From an uncultured Gemmatimonadota bacterium (GTDB lineage Bacteria; GCA-2686955): a DNA stretch of 48,761 nucleotides. Each line of letters starts with the position of its first letter. The stretch's first letter is position 1. Shown piece by piece: positions 38,770-48,668 of the stretch. The notes beneath the pieces are model-generated. The model made no database searches. It was given only the letters and a program-made list of their open reading frames with translations, and had not been told where the DNA came from. The stretch lies in NCBI GenBank assembly GCA_964490075.1, contig CAZBBK010000010.1:62001-110761 (forward strand), given 5' to 3'. Made by a program: the position numbers and the translations under genes.

Positions 38770-40057
38770 GGGCGAAGCGCACGAAGCGCGAGCGCAGCTG
38801 CTCGGATGCGAGAGCGCGCTCCATCGGCCCCAACGCGCAGATCGCCTGCACCACCTGGTTCAGAAAGCGTGCCCCGCGTCCGTCTCCCTGATCGAAGAGC
38901 AGATGAGCCAGGCGCCCGTGCTCCAGCGTGCCGCGCACGATCCGCTCGATGACGTTTTCGGGCACGTGGGGCGTCCGCCGCCGGCGCTCCATCTTCATCG
39001 CCGCCTTCTTGCCGCAGGCCCGCACGCAGACCCCACAGCCGATGCAGCGATCCTCGTCGATGCGCGGCTCGAGCGTGCTCTTGCGCCGCGCCTCGAGGCG
39101 TCTGGGAAGCATGCTGATCGCTCCCACCGGGCAGGCTCGCGCACACTTGGAGCATCCCTTGCAGCGCTGGAGATCCGACGCGGCGCGGAACGAGCTGGGA
39201 TTGACCGCCGGCAGATCGAACTCGTTGATCGCCGTCAACTGCCCGCAGCAGCAGCCACAGCAGTTGCAGATATAGGTCGGTCGCTGCTGCACATTGTCGG
39301 CGATCTGCACCAGGCCGCTTTCCCGTGATTCGATCAGCATGTCGAGCGCCTCGGCGCGCTCGATCGACCGGCCGAATCCGCGCCGCACCACGAACTCCGC
39401 GCCGCCGCCGACCGACAGACAGTTCTCCATCGGCGACTCGCAACGCTTTTCGAGGTGCTCCGCCTTGTGCCGGCAGTAGCAGAACGCCACCGCGATCTGC
39501 TTGGCGTCTTCGAGGATTTGTGTCGCTCGCTCCCAATCCAGCACGTCGGGCAGCAGGTCTTCGCCCAGGGTTGTTTCGTGCACCAGAGTGCGGCCGATCA
39601 CAGTGTCCCCCGCGAACACCTCGCGCGCGAAAGTGTCGTCTCCATGGGTGTAGGCGTCGAGTGCCTGCGCCATACGCTTCTTGGGAATCATGTCGTGGGC
39701 GCGCATCATCGAGAACTCGAAGAAGCCCACCACCGGCGGAGCGAGCAGGTAGCGGGTCTTGCCGGTGCTGGCTTGCACCAGGTCCATGACCAGGCCCTTG
39801 TCGGCCATGGCGTCGAGGCGCGGCTTCAGCGCCTGGGGGGCGATTCCCAGGCGTTTGCCGATCGTCTCCAGTCCGGCCGGGCGCACCGGCAGCCGTGCCG
39901 CCAGAGCCGCCTCTTGCGGGGTGTAGAGAATCTCGAGTATCTCCTGCCACCCTTCTCGTGCCCTTTCACTCTTCGGTTCGGGAAAGCCGACCGGGCCGGC
40001 GTCGAGCCGTGAGACGAGATCCTGGTATTCGGTCTTGAGGTGTCCGAGATGGCCCAT
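38741..40057 (-). CDS. Multi-Cys 4Fe-4S ferredoxin-domain protein
   Basis: CYCRH, ICNCCGCCC, CKGCSKCARACP, CIGCGVCVRAC; RBS GGAGG. Confidence 0.88.
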   Translation of the reverse strand: MGHLGHLKTEYQDLVSRLDAGPVGFPEPKSERAREGWQEILEILYTPQEAALAARLPVRPAGLETIGKRLGIAPQALKPRLDAMADKGLVMDLVQASTGKTRYLLAPPVVGFFEFSMMRAHDMIPKKRMAQALDAYTHGDDTFAREVFAGDTVIGRTLVHETTLGEDLLPDVLDWERATQILEDAKQIAVAFCYCRHKAEHLEKRCESPMENCLSVGGGAEFVVRRGFGRSIERAEALDMLIESRESGLVQIADNVQQRPTYICNCCGCCCGQLTAINEFDLPAVNPSSFRAASDLQRCKGCSKCARACPVGAISMLPRRLEARRKSTLEPRIDEDRCIGCGVCVRACGKKAAMKMERRRRTPHVPENVIERIVRGTLEHGRLAHLLFDQGDGRGARFLNQVVQAICALGPMERALASEQLRSRFVRFALSRIPDPTE

Positions 40058-40096
40058 GTTTTGGTTCCTCCGCTCGAAATAGTAGCCTCGACGGGC

Positions 40097-40789
40097 TCAG
40101 ACTCGAAGCTTGTAGCCCACCTGGCGCACCGTCAGCAGGTTGCGTGGGCGCGAGGGGTCGGTTTCGATCTTGCGGCGCAAGCTCAGGATGAAATTGTCGA
40201 CGGTGCGTTCCGAGCCTTCGAACCCCCATCCCCAGACCCGGTTCAGGATCTCCTCGCGAGTGAAGGGGCGTCCCGGCTTGCGCGCCAGGAGACAGAGCAG
40301 ATCGAACTCCTTGGCCGAGAGCGGGATCTCCTCTCCGCGCAGACGCACGCGGCGATCCGTCGGGTGGATCTCGACCTCGCCGAAGACGATCGGCGGCTCG
40401 CGGTGGTTTCGGGTGCGCGTCCGTCGCAGCAGCACTTCGACCCGCGCCAGGAGCTCCGGCAGCTCGAAGGGCTTGGTCAGGTAGTCGTCGGCCCCGAGAT
40501 CGAGTCCTTCGACCTTGTTTCCGAGCGAGTCGCGCGCCGATAGAATCAACACCGGAACCTCTTCGTGCTCCTCTCTCAGCTTGACCAGGATCTCCAGGCC
40601 GTTCATGCCGGGCAGCATGATGTCGAGCACGATCAGGTCGCAGCGGATGTCGAAGGCCATGCGCATCCCCTCCGATCCGTCGGCGGCGCTGAGCACGCGG
40701 TATCCCTGTAGCTTGAAGTTCAGTGCCAGGCCGTTGCGCAAGGCCGGATCGTCCTCGATGACCAGCACCGTCTCGGTGCGCTCGCTCAT
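40097..40789 (-). CDS. OmpR/PhoB-family response regulator
   Basis: VIEDD, LDIMLP, GADDYLTKPF; winged helix LSAKEFDLL...RTVDNFILSLRRKIE...GY. Confidence 0.95.
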   Translation of the reverse strand: MSERTETVLVIEDDPALRNGLALNFKLQGYRVLSAADGSEGMRMAFDIRCDLIVLDIMLPGMNGLEILVKLREEHEEVPVLILSARDSLGNKVEGLDLGADDYLTKPFELPELLARVEVLLRRTRTRNHREPPIVFGEVEIHPTDRRVRLRGEEIPLSAKEFDLLCLLARKPGRPFTREEILNRVWGWGFEGSERTVDNFILSLRRKIETDPSRPRNLLTVRQVGYKLRV

Positions 40790-41736
40790 GCTTCGCTTTC
40801 CTCCGCCACCGCCGGCAGGTGGATCGTGAATCGAGAGCCGCCTCCGGGCGCCGCAGCGACCTCGATGCGCCCGCCGTGGGCCACCACCACCGCGCGCACG
40901 ATCGCCAGGCCGAGGCCGGTGCCCGAGGATTGAGCGCGCAGGCGGGAGTCGACGCGGTGGAAGGGTTGGAAGATCTTGCGCCGTTCGGAGAGCGGGATCC
41001 CGATGCCTTTGTCATCGAGAACGATGAACACCGCGCCCTCTTCATCACCGGCCCGAAGGTGGGCGGAGCGGTCCTCGTGACTGTACTTGTAGGCGTTGAT
41101 CAGTAGATTCAGCAACACCATTGCAATGGCGTTTCGGTCGTGCAAGACCGCGGACTCGGCGCTCGATTCGACGCTCAACTTCATCTCGTCCTCGGGCACC
41201 AGCGAGCGAAAGCGCGCGCACGCGTCCGCGATGGCCGCCGTCACCGGAGCCGCGCGCCGCTCCAGCACCATGCGGTCCTTCGCCGCCGAGCGCCAGGTCA
41301 GCACTCGTTCGATCATCGTCTCGAGCCAGATGGTCTCGCGGACGATCGTGTCGAGGCTCTGCCCGGTGCGCTGCGGGTCGTTTTCGAGGCGTCCCATCTG
41401 CAGCGTCTGGGCATGAATCCGGATCGCCGCCAGAGGGGTGCGCAGCTCGTGGCTGACGTTGGCCAGGAAGTCGGCCTGCAGCCGCGCGGTGCGGGCCTTG
41501 CGCCCGACCAGCACGGTGGCGGTCACCGCCCCGCCGATCGCCGCCGCCGCGAAGCAGATCACCAGCACGCCGACCACCAGGTCGTTGCTGCGCTCGCCCA
41601 GCGCCAGGCTGACGATGCCGACCGTGGTCGAGAGCAGCACCGGCAGGATCACCCCCACCGCCAGGGTGACGATCACGCCGCTCAGGCTCAGATTCGGGCC
41701 GAGCATCTTGATGCGGGTCGCGACTTTCGAGTCCAT
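40786..41736 (-). CDS. Sensor histidine kinase (two TM helices, minimal loop), cognate of the OmpR regulator
   Basis: NVSHELRTPL, NLLINAYKYS, DKGIGI, GTGLGL; ATGA overlap with the regulator. Confidence 0.92.
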   Translation of the reverse strand: MDSKVATRIKMLGPNLSLSGVIVTLAVGVILPVLLSTTVGIVSLALGERSNDLVVGVLVICFAAAAIGGAVTATVLVGRKARTARLQADFLANVSHELRTPLAAIRIHAQTLQMGRLENDPQRTGQSLDTIVRETIWLETMIERVLTWRSAAKDRMVLERRAAPVTAAIADACARFRSLVPEDEMKLSVESSAESAVLHDRNAIAMVLLNLLINAYKYSHEDRSAHLRAGDEEGAVFIVLDDKGIGIPLSERRKIFQPFHRVDSRLRAQSSGTGLGLAIVRAVVVAHGGRIEVAAAPGGGSRFTIHLPAVAEESEA

Positions 41737-41888
41737 GGGCTGGGGCGCCTTTCCTGCGCAAGGGCAGATGGTAGAGCGGTGGGGCGATTGCGTCCCGATC
41801 CATGACACGACCATGACGTAGGTGCCTCCAGACTCCCGCCAACTCTTCCGGGTCAGGACGGCCCGGAGCCCAACGCGAGGAGTCCAGA

Positions 41889-43565
41889 ATGAGAACGCAA
41901 TCCCCCGCCGGCGCGCCGCGCCGCATCCTCCTGAGCGGTGTCTTCGGGCCCTTCGGAGTCGACGACGAGTACGGCCGCAAAGAGAACATCATGGAGCTCT
42001 TCCACAACCAGGTCACCAAGGGCCAGGGCGCCGCCTCGTTTCGCTTCCACCACCGCTCCTTCGGCCTCTACTTCCTGGCCGAGAACGTCGACGCCGAGGT
42101 GACCGTGCTCGACTTTCCGAGCCGCGCGCGTTTCATGCGTGAGTTGCGCCGCGGCTACGACCTGGTCGGGATCTCCTTCATCACCCCCAACTTCGCCAAG
42201 GCCCGGGAGATGGCGGGGCTGGTGCGGGGCCTCTCGCCACGGGCCGAGATCGTGCTCGGAGGGCACGGCGCGGCGATCGAGGGGGTCGAGGAGCTGATCG
42301 ACTGCGACCATGTCGTGAAGGGCGAGGGGATCCGCTGGCTGCGCCGCCATCTCGGCCAGGATCCGGGCGCGCCGGTGCTGCATCCGGTCCTGCCGAGCAC
42401 CGAGCGCATGAGCATCTTCGGCGTGCCGCTGCGAGGCAAGACCTCGAGCCTGCTGGTGCCGGGGGTGGGCTGCGTGAACGGCTGCAGCTTCTGCTGCACC
42501 TCTCACTACTTCGGCCTGCGCTACACCTCCTATCTCGACTCCGGGCGGGCGCTTTTCGAGACCGCGAGCCGAATCGCCGACGCCCGCGGCACCGAGGGCT
42601 TCTTCGTGATGGACGAGAACTTCCTGAAAGAGCGCGAGCGGGCCCTGGAGCTGATCGAGGAGATGGAGCGCGCGGGCCGCTTCTTCCGCTTCCACATCTT
42701 CTCGTCGGCCGAGGCGATCACCGCCTTCGGCCTCGACAACCTGGTGCGCCTGGGCGTGACGATGGTGTGGATCGGCTTCGAGTCGCGCAGCCGCCAGGAG
42801 GCGTTCAAGAAGAACGTCGGCGTCGACGGCGAGGTCCTGGTGCGCGCGCTTCGCGAGCGCGGAATCTCGGTGCTGGCCTCGGGCATCCTCTGCATGGAGC
42901 ATCACACGCCGCAGAACATGCCCGAAGACATCGACTACCTGGTGGGGCTGGAGGCCGACTTCGTCCAGTTCATGCTGTTGACCCCGCTGCCGGTGACCAA
43001 GCTCTACCGGGAGCACCGGCGCCGCGGCCTGCTCAGGGACGATCTTCCTTTCGAGGAGTGGCATGGACAGAAAGAGCTGGCCTTTCGCCACGATGCGTTC
43101 GCTGCGGGCGAGCCGGAGCGCTGGATCCACAAGGCCTTCGCCCAGGACTACGCGGCCAACTCGAGCTCCATGCTGCGCGTCGCCGAAACCTCGCTGCGCG
43201 GCGCCCGCACCCTCGCCGCGCTGCCTACCCGCGACCTCTGTCTCGAGGAGCGGCTGCGCAACCTGCGGCGCCAGGCCCGGGAGTACGGGCTGATGGTGCC
43301 GGTGATCGCGCGCCATGCCGTGAACGAGCTCGAGCGGGAGCGCGCTTGGGATCTCGAGCGGCGCATCACCGAGACTTTCGGTCCGCGGACCTGGAAAGAG
43401 AAGGCGACGATTGGTCTGCTGCACGCCCTGGCCGCGCGCTGGAAACTGCGCCTGCGGCTCCGCGGCGACCAGATCCAGCCGCGCACCATCGTCACCCGCT
43501 ACCGGGCTGGTCGCCCCAGCATCGCCGCGCTTCCGCCGGTGCTGGCGCGGGTGCCCGCCGCCTGA
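41889..43565 (+). CDS. Cobalamin-binding radical SAM protein
   Basis: B12-binding YDLVGISF...IVLGGHG; CxxxCxxC GCVNGCSFC; MDENF; IGFES; TPLPVT; RBS GAGGAG. Confidence 0.88.
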   Translation: MRTQSPAGAPRRILLSGVFGPFGVDDEYGRKENIMELFHNQVTKGQGAASFRFHHRSFGLYFLAENVDAEVTVLDFPSRARFMRELRRGYDLVGISFITPNFAKAREMAGLVRGLSPRAEIVLGGHGAAIEGVEELIDCDHVVKGEGIRWLRRHLGQDPGAPVLHPVLPSTERMSIFGVPLRGKTSSLLVPGVGCVNGCSFCCTSHYFGLRYTSYLDSGRALFETASRIADARGTEGFFVMDENFLKERERALELIEEMERAGRFFRFHIFSSAEAITAFGLDNLVRLGVTMVWIGFESRSRQEAFKKNVGVDGEVLVRALRERGISVLASGILCMEHHTPQNMPEDIDYLVGLEADFVQFMLLTPLPVTKLYREHRRRGLLRDDLPFEEWHGQKELAFRHDAFAAGEPERWIHKAFAQDYAANSSSMLRVAETSLRGARTLAALPTRDLCLEERLRNLRRQAREYGLMVPVIARHAVNELERERAWDLERRITETFGPRTWKEKATIGLLHALAARWKLRLRLRGDQIQPRTIVTRYRAGRPSIAALPPVLARVPAA

Positions 43566-43613
43566 TCACGGAAACGAGGCTAGGATGGAGCAAGCGCAAT
43601 AGGAGCCGATTCC

Positions 43614-45119
43614 ATGACCGCCTTGCTCCAGAGCCTCGCCCTTCTGCAATTCGCTCCGGGCTCCTTCGCCCTCCCCTGGATCGTCGACGATCTGAGCGAA
43701 TCGGGTCAGGCGCTCTGCATCGAGTCGCTCGGAGCCGACACCCTGGTGATTCGCAGCCGGGAGGATCCGGCCGGCGACCGGCCGCGGATCGCGCTCGGCG
43801 CCCCGCTCGGCAGCATGCTGCACCTGGTGTTCGAGGATCTGGACGGGGACTGGTCGGCGCGCGTCTGGGACGGGCCCGGCGTCTGGCGTTTGCTGCCCGC
43901 CACCCGCGCCTCCGGTCGACTGGCGGTCGATTTCGAGCAGCGCCGGTCCCGCGAGACGATCGAGATAGTTCCGGTGCGCGCGGAGCGCGAAAGCGATGAG
44001 GCATCGGACTACAGTTATGCCGACTACCTGGCTTTCATGGCCACCTTGCCCGCCGATCCGCGCCTGGAGCTGGTCGAGCTCGGCACCTCCGTTCAGGGGC
44101 GTCCGATTCAGCGCCTGGTCTTCGACGACAAGAGCGCGATCATGCCCGCCTGGATCAAGCCTACGGTGGTGCTGCTGATCCGCCAGCACGGCGACGAATG
44201 GCCGGCCAGCTACGTCTTCGAAGGCATGATCGACTACCTTCTCGGGCGCGGATCCGCCCCCCCCGATCCCAACGAGACCGAGCAGGTGCGCTGGATCTTC
44301 TATCCCCTGGTCAATCCCGACGGCGCTTTTCACCACGAGCGCTACAACGCCCGTGGTGTCGACCTCAATCGCAACTGGTCGCAGCAAGGACCGCAGCCCT
44401 GGCAGGAGCCGGAGATCTGGCTCTTGCAGAGCGACATCGCCTCCCTGCCGCACCAGCGCACGATCCGCATCGGCGGTGACCACCACGGCTGGTGGGGCTA
44501 CGCCGATGGCGGCTACCGCTATGTGACGGGCGCGCCGCCCGCGGAGGTCACGCCGGCCACCTACCGGGAATCGTTGAAGGACACCGACACCATCACCGCC
44601 CACAACCCGGACCACTGGTCTTGGTACGAGAGCGGCGGCGCCGAGGGGATGGCCCGGATCGAGCTCTATCGTTGGCTCGGCTGGACCGTGCACACACCCG
44701 AGTACACCAGCGACAGCCGCGACGCGGATGAGCTGCGGGAGTCGGGCGCCGCCTACATCCGCGCCATGCGCGACACCGGCTACGCCATCACCGAGGAGGC
44801 CCCCTTCGCGGCCATCGGCGAAACTGTCGCGTTCACCCTCGACGAGCCGGATCAGAATCTCGATCCTCTGCAGGTGGAGACACTCTCGGTGCTGGTGCTG
44901 GACTACGCAAGCGGCGATCGCGAGTGGGTCGAGTTGGAGGAGACCGGGGCCGACACCGGGCTGTTCTCCTTCCGAAACGCCTTGCCCACGGCGGCGGGGG
45001 ATTCCCAGCATTCCGACGGTGTGTTGCAGACCGAAGTGGGATCGTACGCGATCGGCTACTACCTCGATCCCGATCTGGCCGGCGATCGCAGCATCGCGGC
45101 AACACAGATCACTCCTTGA
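43614..45119 (+). CDS. M14 zinc carboxypeptidase-family protein with a C-terminal beta domain
   Basis: LGTSVQGRPI, QHGDE (HxxE), NPDG, RYNARGVDLNRNW, DHHG; C-terminal LEETGADTGLF. Confidence 0.85.
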   Translation: MTALLQSLALLQFAPGSFALPWIVDDLSESGQALCIESLGADTLVIRSREDPAGDRPRIALGAPLGSMLHLVFEDLDGDWSARVWDGPGVWRLLPATRASGRLAVDFEQRRSRETIEIVPVRAERESDEASDYSYADYLAFMATLPADPRLELVELGTSVQGRPIQRLVFDDKSAIMPAWIKPTVVLLIRQHGDEWPASYVFEGMIDYLLGRGSAPPDPNETEQVRWIFYPLVNPDGAFHHERYNARGVDLNRNWSQQGPQPWQEPEIWLLQSDIASLPHQRTIRIGGDHHGWWGYADGGYRYVTGAPPAEVTPATYRESLKDTDTITAHNPDHWSWYESGGAEGMARIELYRWLGWTVHTPEYTSDSRDADELRESGAAYIRAMRDTGYAITEEAPFAAIGETVAFTLDEPDQNLDPLQVETLSVLVLDYASGDREWVELEETGADTGLFSFRNALPTAAGDSQHSDGVLQTEVGSYAIGYYLDPDLAGDRSIAATQITP

Positions 45120-45212
45120 ACGAGTCCGCCATGAACGTCGATGCTTTGTGGATCGTCGCCGCTGCGGATCGACGGGCGATGGTGCCGAGAGAAGGGTAGA
45201 ATCGTCGGCAGC

Positions 45213-45830
45213 ATGTCGGTCATTTCCTTCTATGGAACCGAGCACCCGCGCCTTTTCGCGATCGAACGTGCTGCCATGGATCGATCCGGTCGCGTGTTGC
45301 GGGCGCTCGAGCGCGTGCCGCCGGGCGAGGGACCGGTGTGGGACATCGGCGCTGGAGACGGCTTCAGCGCCGAGAAGCTCGGCAGCGAGGGGCGTGTCGT
45401 CGTGCCGCTCGAGCCGGCCGCGGCGATGATCGACCGCGCGCGAGCGCTGCGCTGGATTCGCGGCGACGCGGAGGCGCTTCCCTTTGCCGGCGCCGCGTTC
45501 GCCGGCGCTCTCTCGACCTGGGCCTACTTTTTCCCGAGCCACCATTCGATCGACACCGGTATCGACGAGCTCGATCGTGTCGTCGGGTCCGGCGGTGCGA
45601 TCGCGATCGTGGCCAACCTGGGAGGGGACGAATTCGGCGCGCTCGCGCGCTACGACGTCGGGGAGCCCAGCGCGCCCTTCCTGGCCCAAGGCTTCCACCT
45701 GGAGACGATCGAGACCGCGCGAGAGCTGTTGGGCCTCTATTTCGGGGACGCCGGCCGTGACGGTGCCCGGCTCTCGATCGCCTTCCGAGTCGGTCTCTAC
45801 AGTCGGTCCAGCCGGGGCGCTGGCGCGTGA
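45213..45830 (+). CDS. Class I SAM-dependent methyltransferase
   Basis: VWDIGAGDG, LEPAAAM, GDAEALPF; TAGAAT box 10 nt upstream of the ATG. Confidence 0.85.
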   Translation: MSVISFYGTEHPRLFAIERAAMDRSGRVLRALERVPPGEGPVWDIGAGDGFSAEKLGSEGRVVVPLEPAAAMIDRARALRWIRGDAEALPFAGAAFAGALSTWAYFFPSHHSIDTGIDELDRVVGSGGAIAIVANLGGDEFGALARYDVGEPSAPFLAQGFHLETIETARELLGLYFGDAGRDGARLSIAFRVGLYSRSSRGAGA

Positions 45831-45843
45831 AGGGGGATCACCA

Positions 45844-48606
45844 CTGATCAGACTCACTGGCTGCACGATCGATCTCGATGCCCGCAGCGTGACGCGGGCC
45901 GGCGGCGAGCTGCGCCTGACCACCAAGGAGGCGCAGCTTCTGGCCTACTTGGTCCGACACTCCGAGGTGGAGCTCAGCCGAGAGACGCTGCTCGGCGAGG
46001 TGTGGGGCTACGGCCCCGGTGTCGTGACCCGCACCCTCGATTCGACCGTGCAGCGTCTGCGCGCCAAGATCGAGATCGATCCCTCGGTGCCGCGCCACGT
46101 GATCACGGTGCACGGCGTCGGATACCGGTTCCTTTTCGCTGGCGCGGCCCCGCCCTCGAAGCTGCCGGCCAGCTCTACCCGGTTCGTGGGACGGGACGAG
46201 GAATTGGCCCGTCTCGATCGCCTGGTGGTCGAGCAGGCCACTCGCTCGGTGACTCTGCTCGGTCCGCCGGGAATCGGCAAGTCGCGCTTTGCGCTGGAGT
46301 ACGCGCGCCATTGGTTGGATCGGCGCGGCGAGCAGGCTTGGGCGGGGATCGTCGATCTCGAGGGCGCGGTCTCAGGGGATTCGGTCGTGGCGTCCGCCGC
46401 CGCGACCTTGGGGGTGCCGCTGCTGAAGCGGGGGGAGGGTGCGGGAGTGGTGCAGCTGGCGCGGGTCCTGGCCGAGCGGGGGCCGGCGCTGCTGGTGCTC
46501 GACCACATCGAGCGCGCGCGGGATGCCCTGCAGGACGTCTTGGCTCGATGGCTCGACTTGGCGCCGGAGACCGCATTCCTGGTCGCCTCGCGCGAGCGCC
46601 TGCGCCTGGCGGGGGAGGTCCTCTTCGAGCTCGAAGCGCTCGATCCGCGGGCGGCGGTTGAGCTTTTCCGTGACCGCTTCCACGCTGTGCACGCCGGCTC
46701 GGTGGCCCCGCTCCTCGATGATTCGACCGGCCGCGCCATCGCCGAGCAGCTCGAAGGGGTGCCCCTGGCGATCGAGCTGGCGGCCGCGCGCGGCAATGCC
46801 TTCACCTCCGAGGAGCTCTTGAAGCGCCTCTCGACCTGGGCCGCCGCCGGCGATGGCACTCTGCAGGCCGCGATCGCCTTCTCCTGGGACCTCCTGGCGC
46901 CCGCGGAGCGCACTGCCCTCGCCCAGTGCGCGGTATTTCGGGGCGGCTTCGGCTTGGCCTCGGTCGAAGCCGTGATCGACCTCGGCGATCAGCGTTTCCC
47001 TTCCGATCCCTTGGAGGTGGTTGCGGCGTTGCGGGACAAGTCGCTATTGCGTTTCTCGATGCCGCCCCAAACCCCGGGAGAGTGGCGGTATTCCATCTTC
47101 GAGGTGATCCGTGAGTTCGCCGAGGGGCGTCTGCTGAAATCGGGCGCGGCCGCCGCCACGCGCCGCCGCCATGCGGTTCATTTCGTGGACCTGGGGGAGC
47201 GGCTGGGCAGGCTGAGCGGCGGCCCTGGAGGCGCCGCGGCGGACCGGCGCCTGGCGCTGGAGACCGAGAACCTGTTGGCCGCGCACAGCGCCGCGCTGGA
47301 GAGCGACCACCAGCTCGCCACGCGCGCCGCCCTGGTTCTCGAGGACCCACTCGTCCGCGGCGGCCCGCTCGACGAGCTGGAGCGGATTCTGAGTCGATCG
47401 CTCGATGCCGGCGAGAAGATCGCGCGCCGCCTCAGAGCACGGGCCCTGCGCGCCCGAGGCTCCGCGCGGCGCATCCAGGGGCGCTTGAACGAGGCCCGAG
47501 AAGATCTGCTCGCCGCCCTGGAGCTGGCGCGCGGGCTGCCGGATGAGCGTCTCGAGGCGGTCGCCCTGGGCAACCTCGGCGCGGTCGACCACGAAAGCGG
47601 GCGCCTCGGCGCCGCGGCCGAGCGCTTCGGCCAGGCCCTGGAGCTCTTCGCCGAGACCGGCAACCGCTCTCTGGAAGGGATCTACCGCGCCAATCTAGCC
47701 CGCGCCGCCCACGATCTCGGCCGCAAGGCCGAGGCCGAGCAAGGCTATCGAGAGGCCCTGGCGCTCTTCCTCGAGCTGGGCGACCAGGGGAACGAAGGCT
47801 CGGTGCGCGGCAGCTTCGGTGTCTTGCTGCGCGATCAGGGACGCACCGACGAGGCGCGCGAAGAGCTGGAACGGGCGCTCTCGATTCATCGGGAATCGGG
47901 CAACATCCGCGCCGAGGCCGTGGCGCTGGCGGGACTCGGTGTGGTGAGCGAGCTGGCCGGCCGCGCGGAGGAGGCGTTGGAACGCTATTCCGAGGCCGCG
48001 AAGATGGCCCGGCGGCTCGGCGATCGACGCACCGAAGGGCTGGTGTTGGCACAGCTGGCCGAAGCCGTCGCGGCCACCGAGGGTCGGTCGCGCGAGACCG
48101 ACACGCTCCTTTTCGACGCCCTGCGTGCCATTCGCGACTGCCACAACCCGCGCCTGGAAGCGTCGCTATTGGCCCGCATCGGCGATCTGCGGGCCGCCAC
48201 CGGACACCTGCACGAGGCCGAGGCCCGCCTGCGCCAGGGCCTGGCACTTGCCTGCGAGCTGACTGCTGCCCGCGACTCGGCGTTGATCCGTTGTCGTCTG
48301 GCCGCCGTGCTGGCCGATGCCGATCGTCTCGACCAGGCCAACGCCGAACTGCGGCGCGCGGCCGAGGAGGGGGAGCAGGACGATGACCTGAAGAGCGTGC
48401 AAGCCCTGGCATCCGGGCACCTCCACCTGGCCCAAGCGCGGCAAGCCGAAGGCGCCGGCGACACCCTCTCGGCGCAGCGCCACCGCGCCGACGCCCAACA
48501 GACCCTCGAGGAGATCCGCACCCGCTTCCCCCAAGACATCCACCCCGCCGGCCCCAGCGCCCTGCGCAGTGCCATGCGGCGTCTGGCCGACAAGCTGAGA
48601 GCCTGA
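45844..48606 (+). CDS. Winged-helix + STAND-like ATPase + TPR transcriptional regulator; start uncertain, possibly CTG
   Basis: OmpR-type wHTH LTTKEAQLL...RLRAKIE..P..TVHGVGYRF; FVGRDEEL; Walker A GPPGIGKS; LLVLD; GVPLAIELAAAR; multiple TPRs. Confidence 0.88.
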   Translation: MIRLTGCTIDLDARSVTRAGGELRLTTKEAQLLAYLVRHSEVELSRETLLGEVWGYGPGVVTRTLDSTVQRLRAKIEIDPSVPRHVITVHGVGYRFLFAGAAPPSKLPASSTRFVGRDEELARLDRLVVEQATRSVTLLGPPGIGKSRFALEYARHWLDRRGEQAWAGIVDLEGAVSGDSVVASAAATLGVPLLKRGEGAGVVQLARVLAERGPALLVLDHIERARDALQDVLARWLDLAPETAFLVASRERLRLAGEVLFELEALDPRAAVELFRDRFHAVHAGSVAPLLDDSTGRAIAEQLEGVPLAIELAAARGNAFTSEELLKRLSTWAAAGDGTLQAAIAFSWDLLAPAERTALAQCAVFRGGFGLASVEAVIDLGDQRFPSDPLEVVAALRDKSLLRFSMPPQTPGEWRYSIFEVIREFAEGRLLKSGAAAATRRRHAVHFVDLGERLGRLSGGPGGAAADRRLALETENLLAAHSAALESDHQLATRAALVLEDPLVRGGPLDELERILSRSLDAGEKIARRLRARALRARGSARRIQGRLNEAREDLLAALELARGLPDERLEAVALGNLGAVDHESGRLGAAAERFGQALELFAETGNRSLEGIYRANLARAAHDLGRKAEAEQGYREALALFLELGDQGNEGSVRGSFGVLLRDQGRTDEAREELERALSIHRESGNIRAEAVALAGLGVVSELAGRAEEALERYSEAAKMARRLGDRRTEGLVLAQLAEAVAATEGRSRETDTLLFDALRAIRDCHNPRLEASLLARIGDLRAATGHLHEAEARLRQGLALACELTAARDSALIRCRLAAVLADADRLDQANAELRRAAEEGEQDDDLKSVQALASGHLHLAQARQAEGAGDTLSAQRHRADAQQTLEEIRTRFPQDIHPAGPSALRSAMRRLADKLRA

Positions 48607-48662
48607 TCCGCCGCAGAGTGGAGCGACAAATCAGTCGCTGTGGCCAGCAGGCCGTGAAACGC

Positions 48663-48668
48663 TATACT
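48663..48668 (+). promoter_or_regulatory. Candidate -10 box for a transcript running off the window
   Basis: TATACT in a GC-rich intergenic region, followed by a GGGAAC/GTTCCC stem; no clear -35. Confidence 0.35.

Noticed and set aside
45844-48606. ATPase-TPR protein as an Avs/NLR-like defence system
   Set aside because: The N-terminus is a DNA-binding winged helix rather than a nuclease, TIR or SIR2 effector, which fits a transcriptional regulator.
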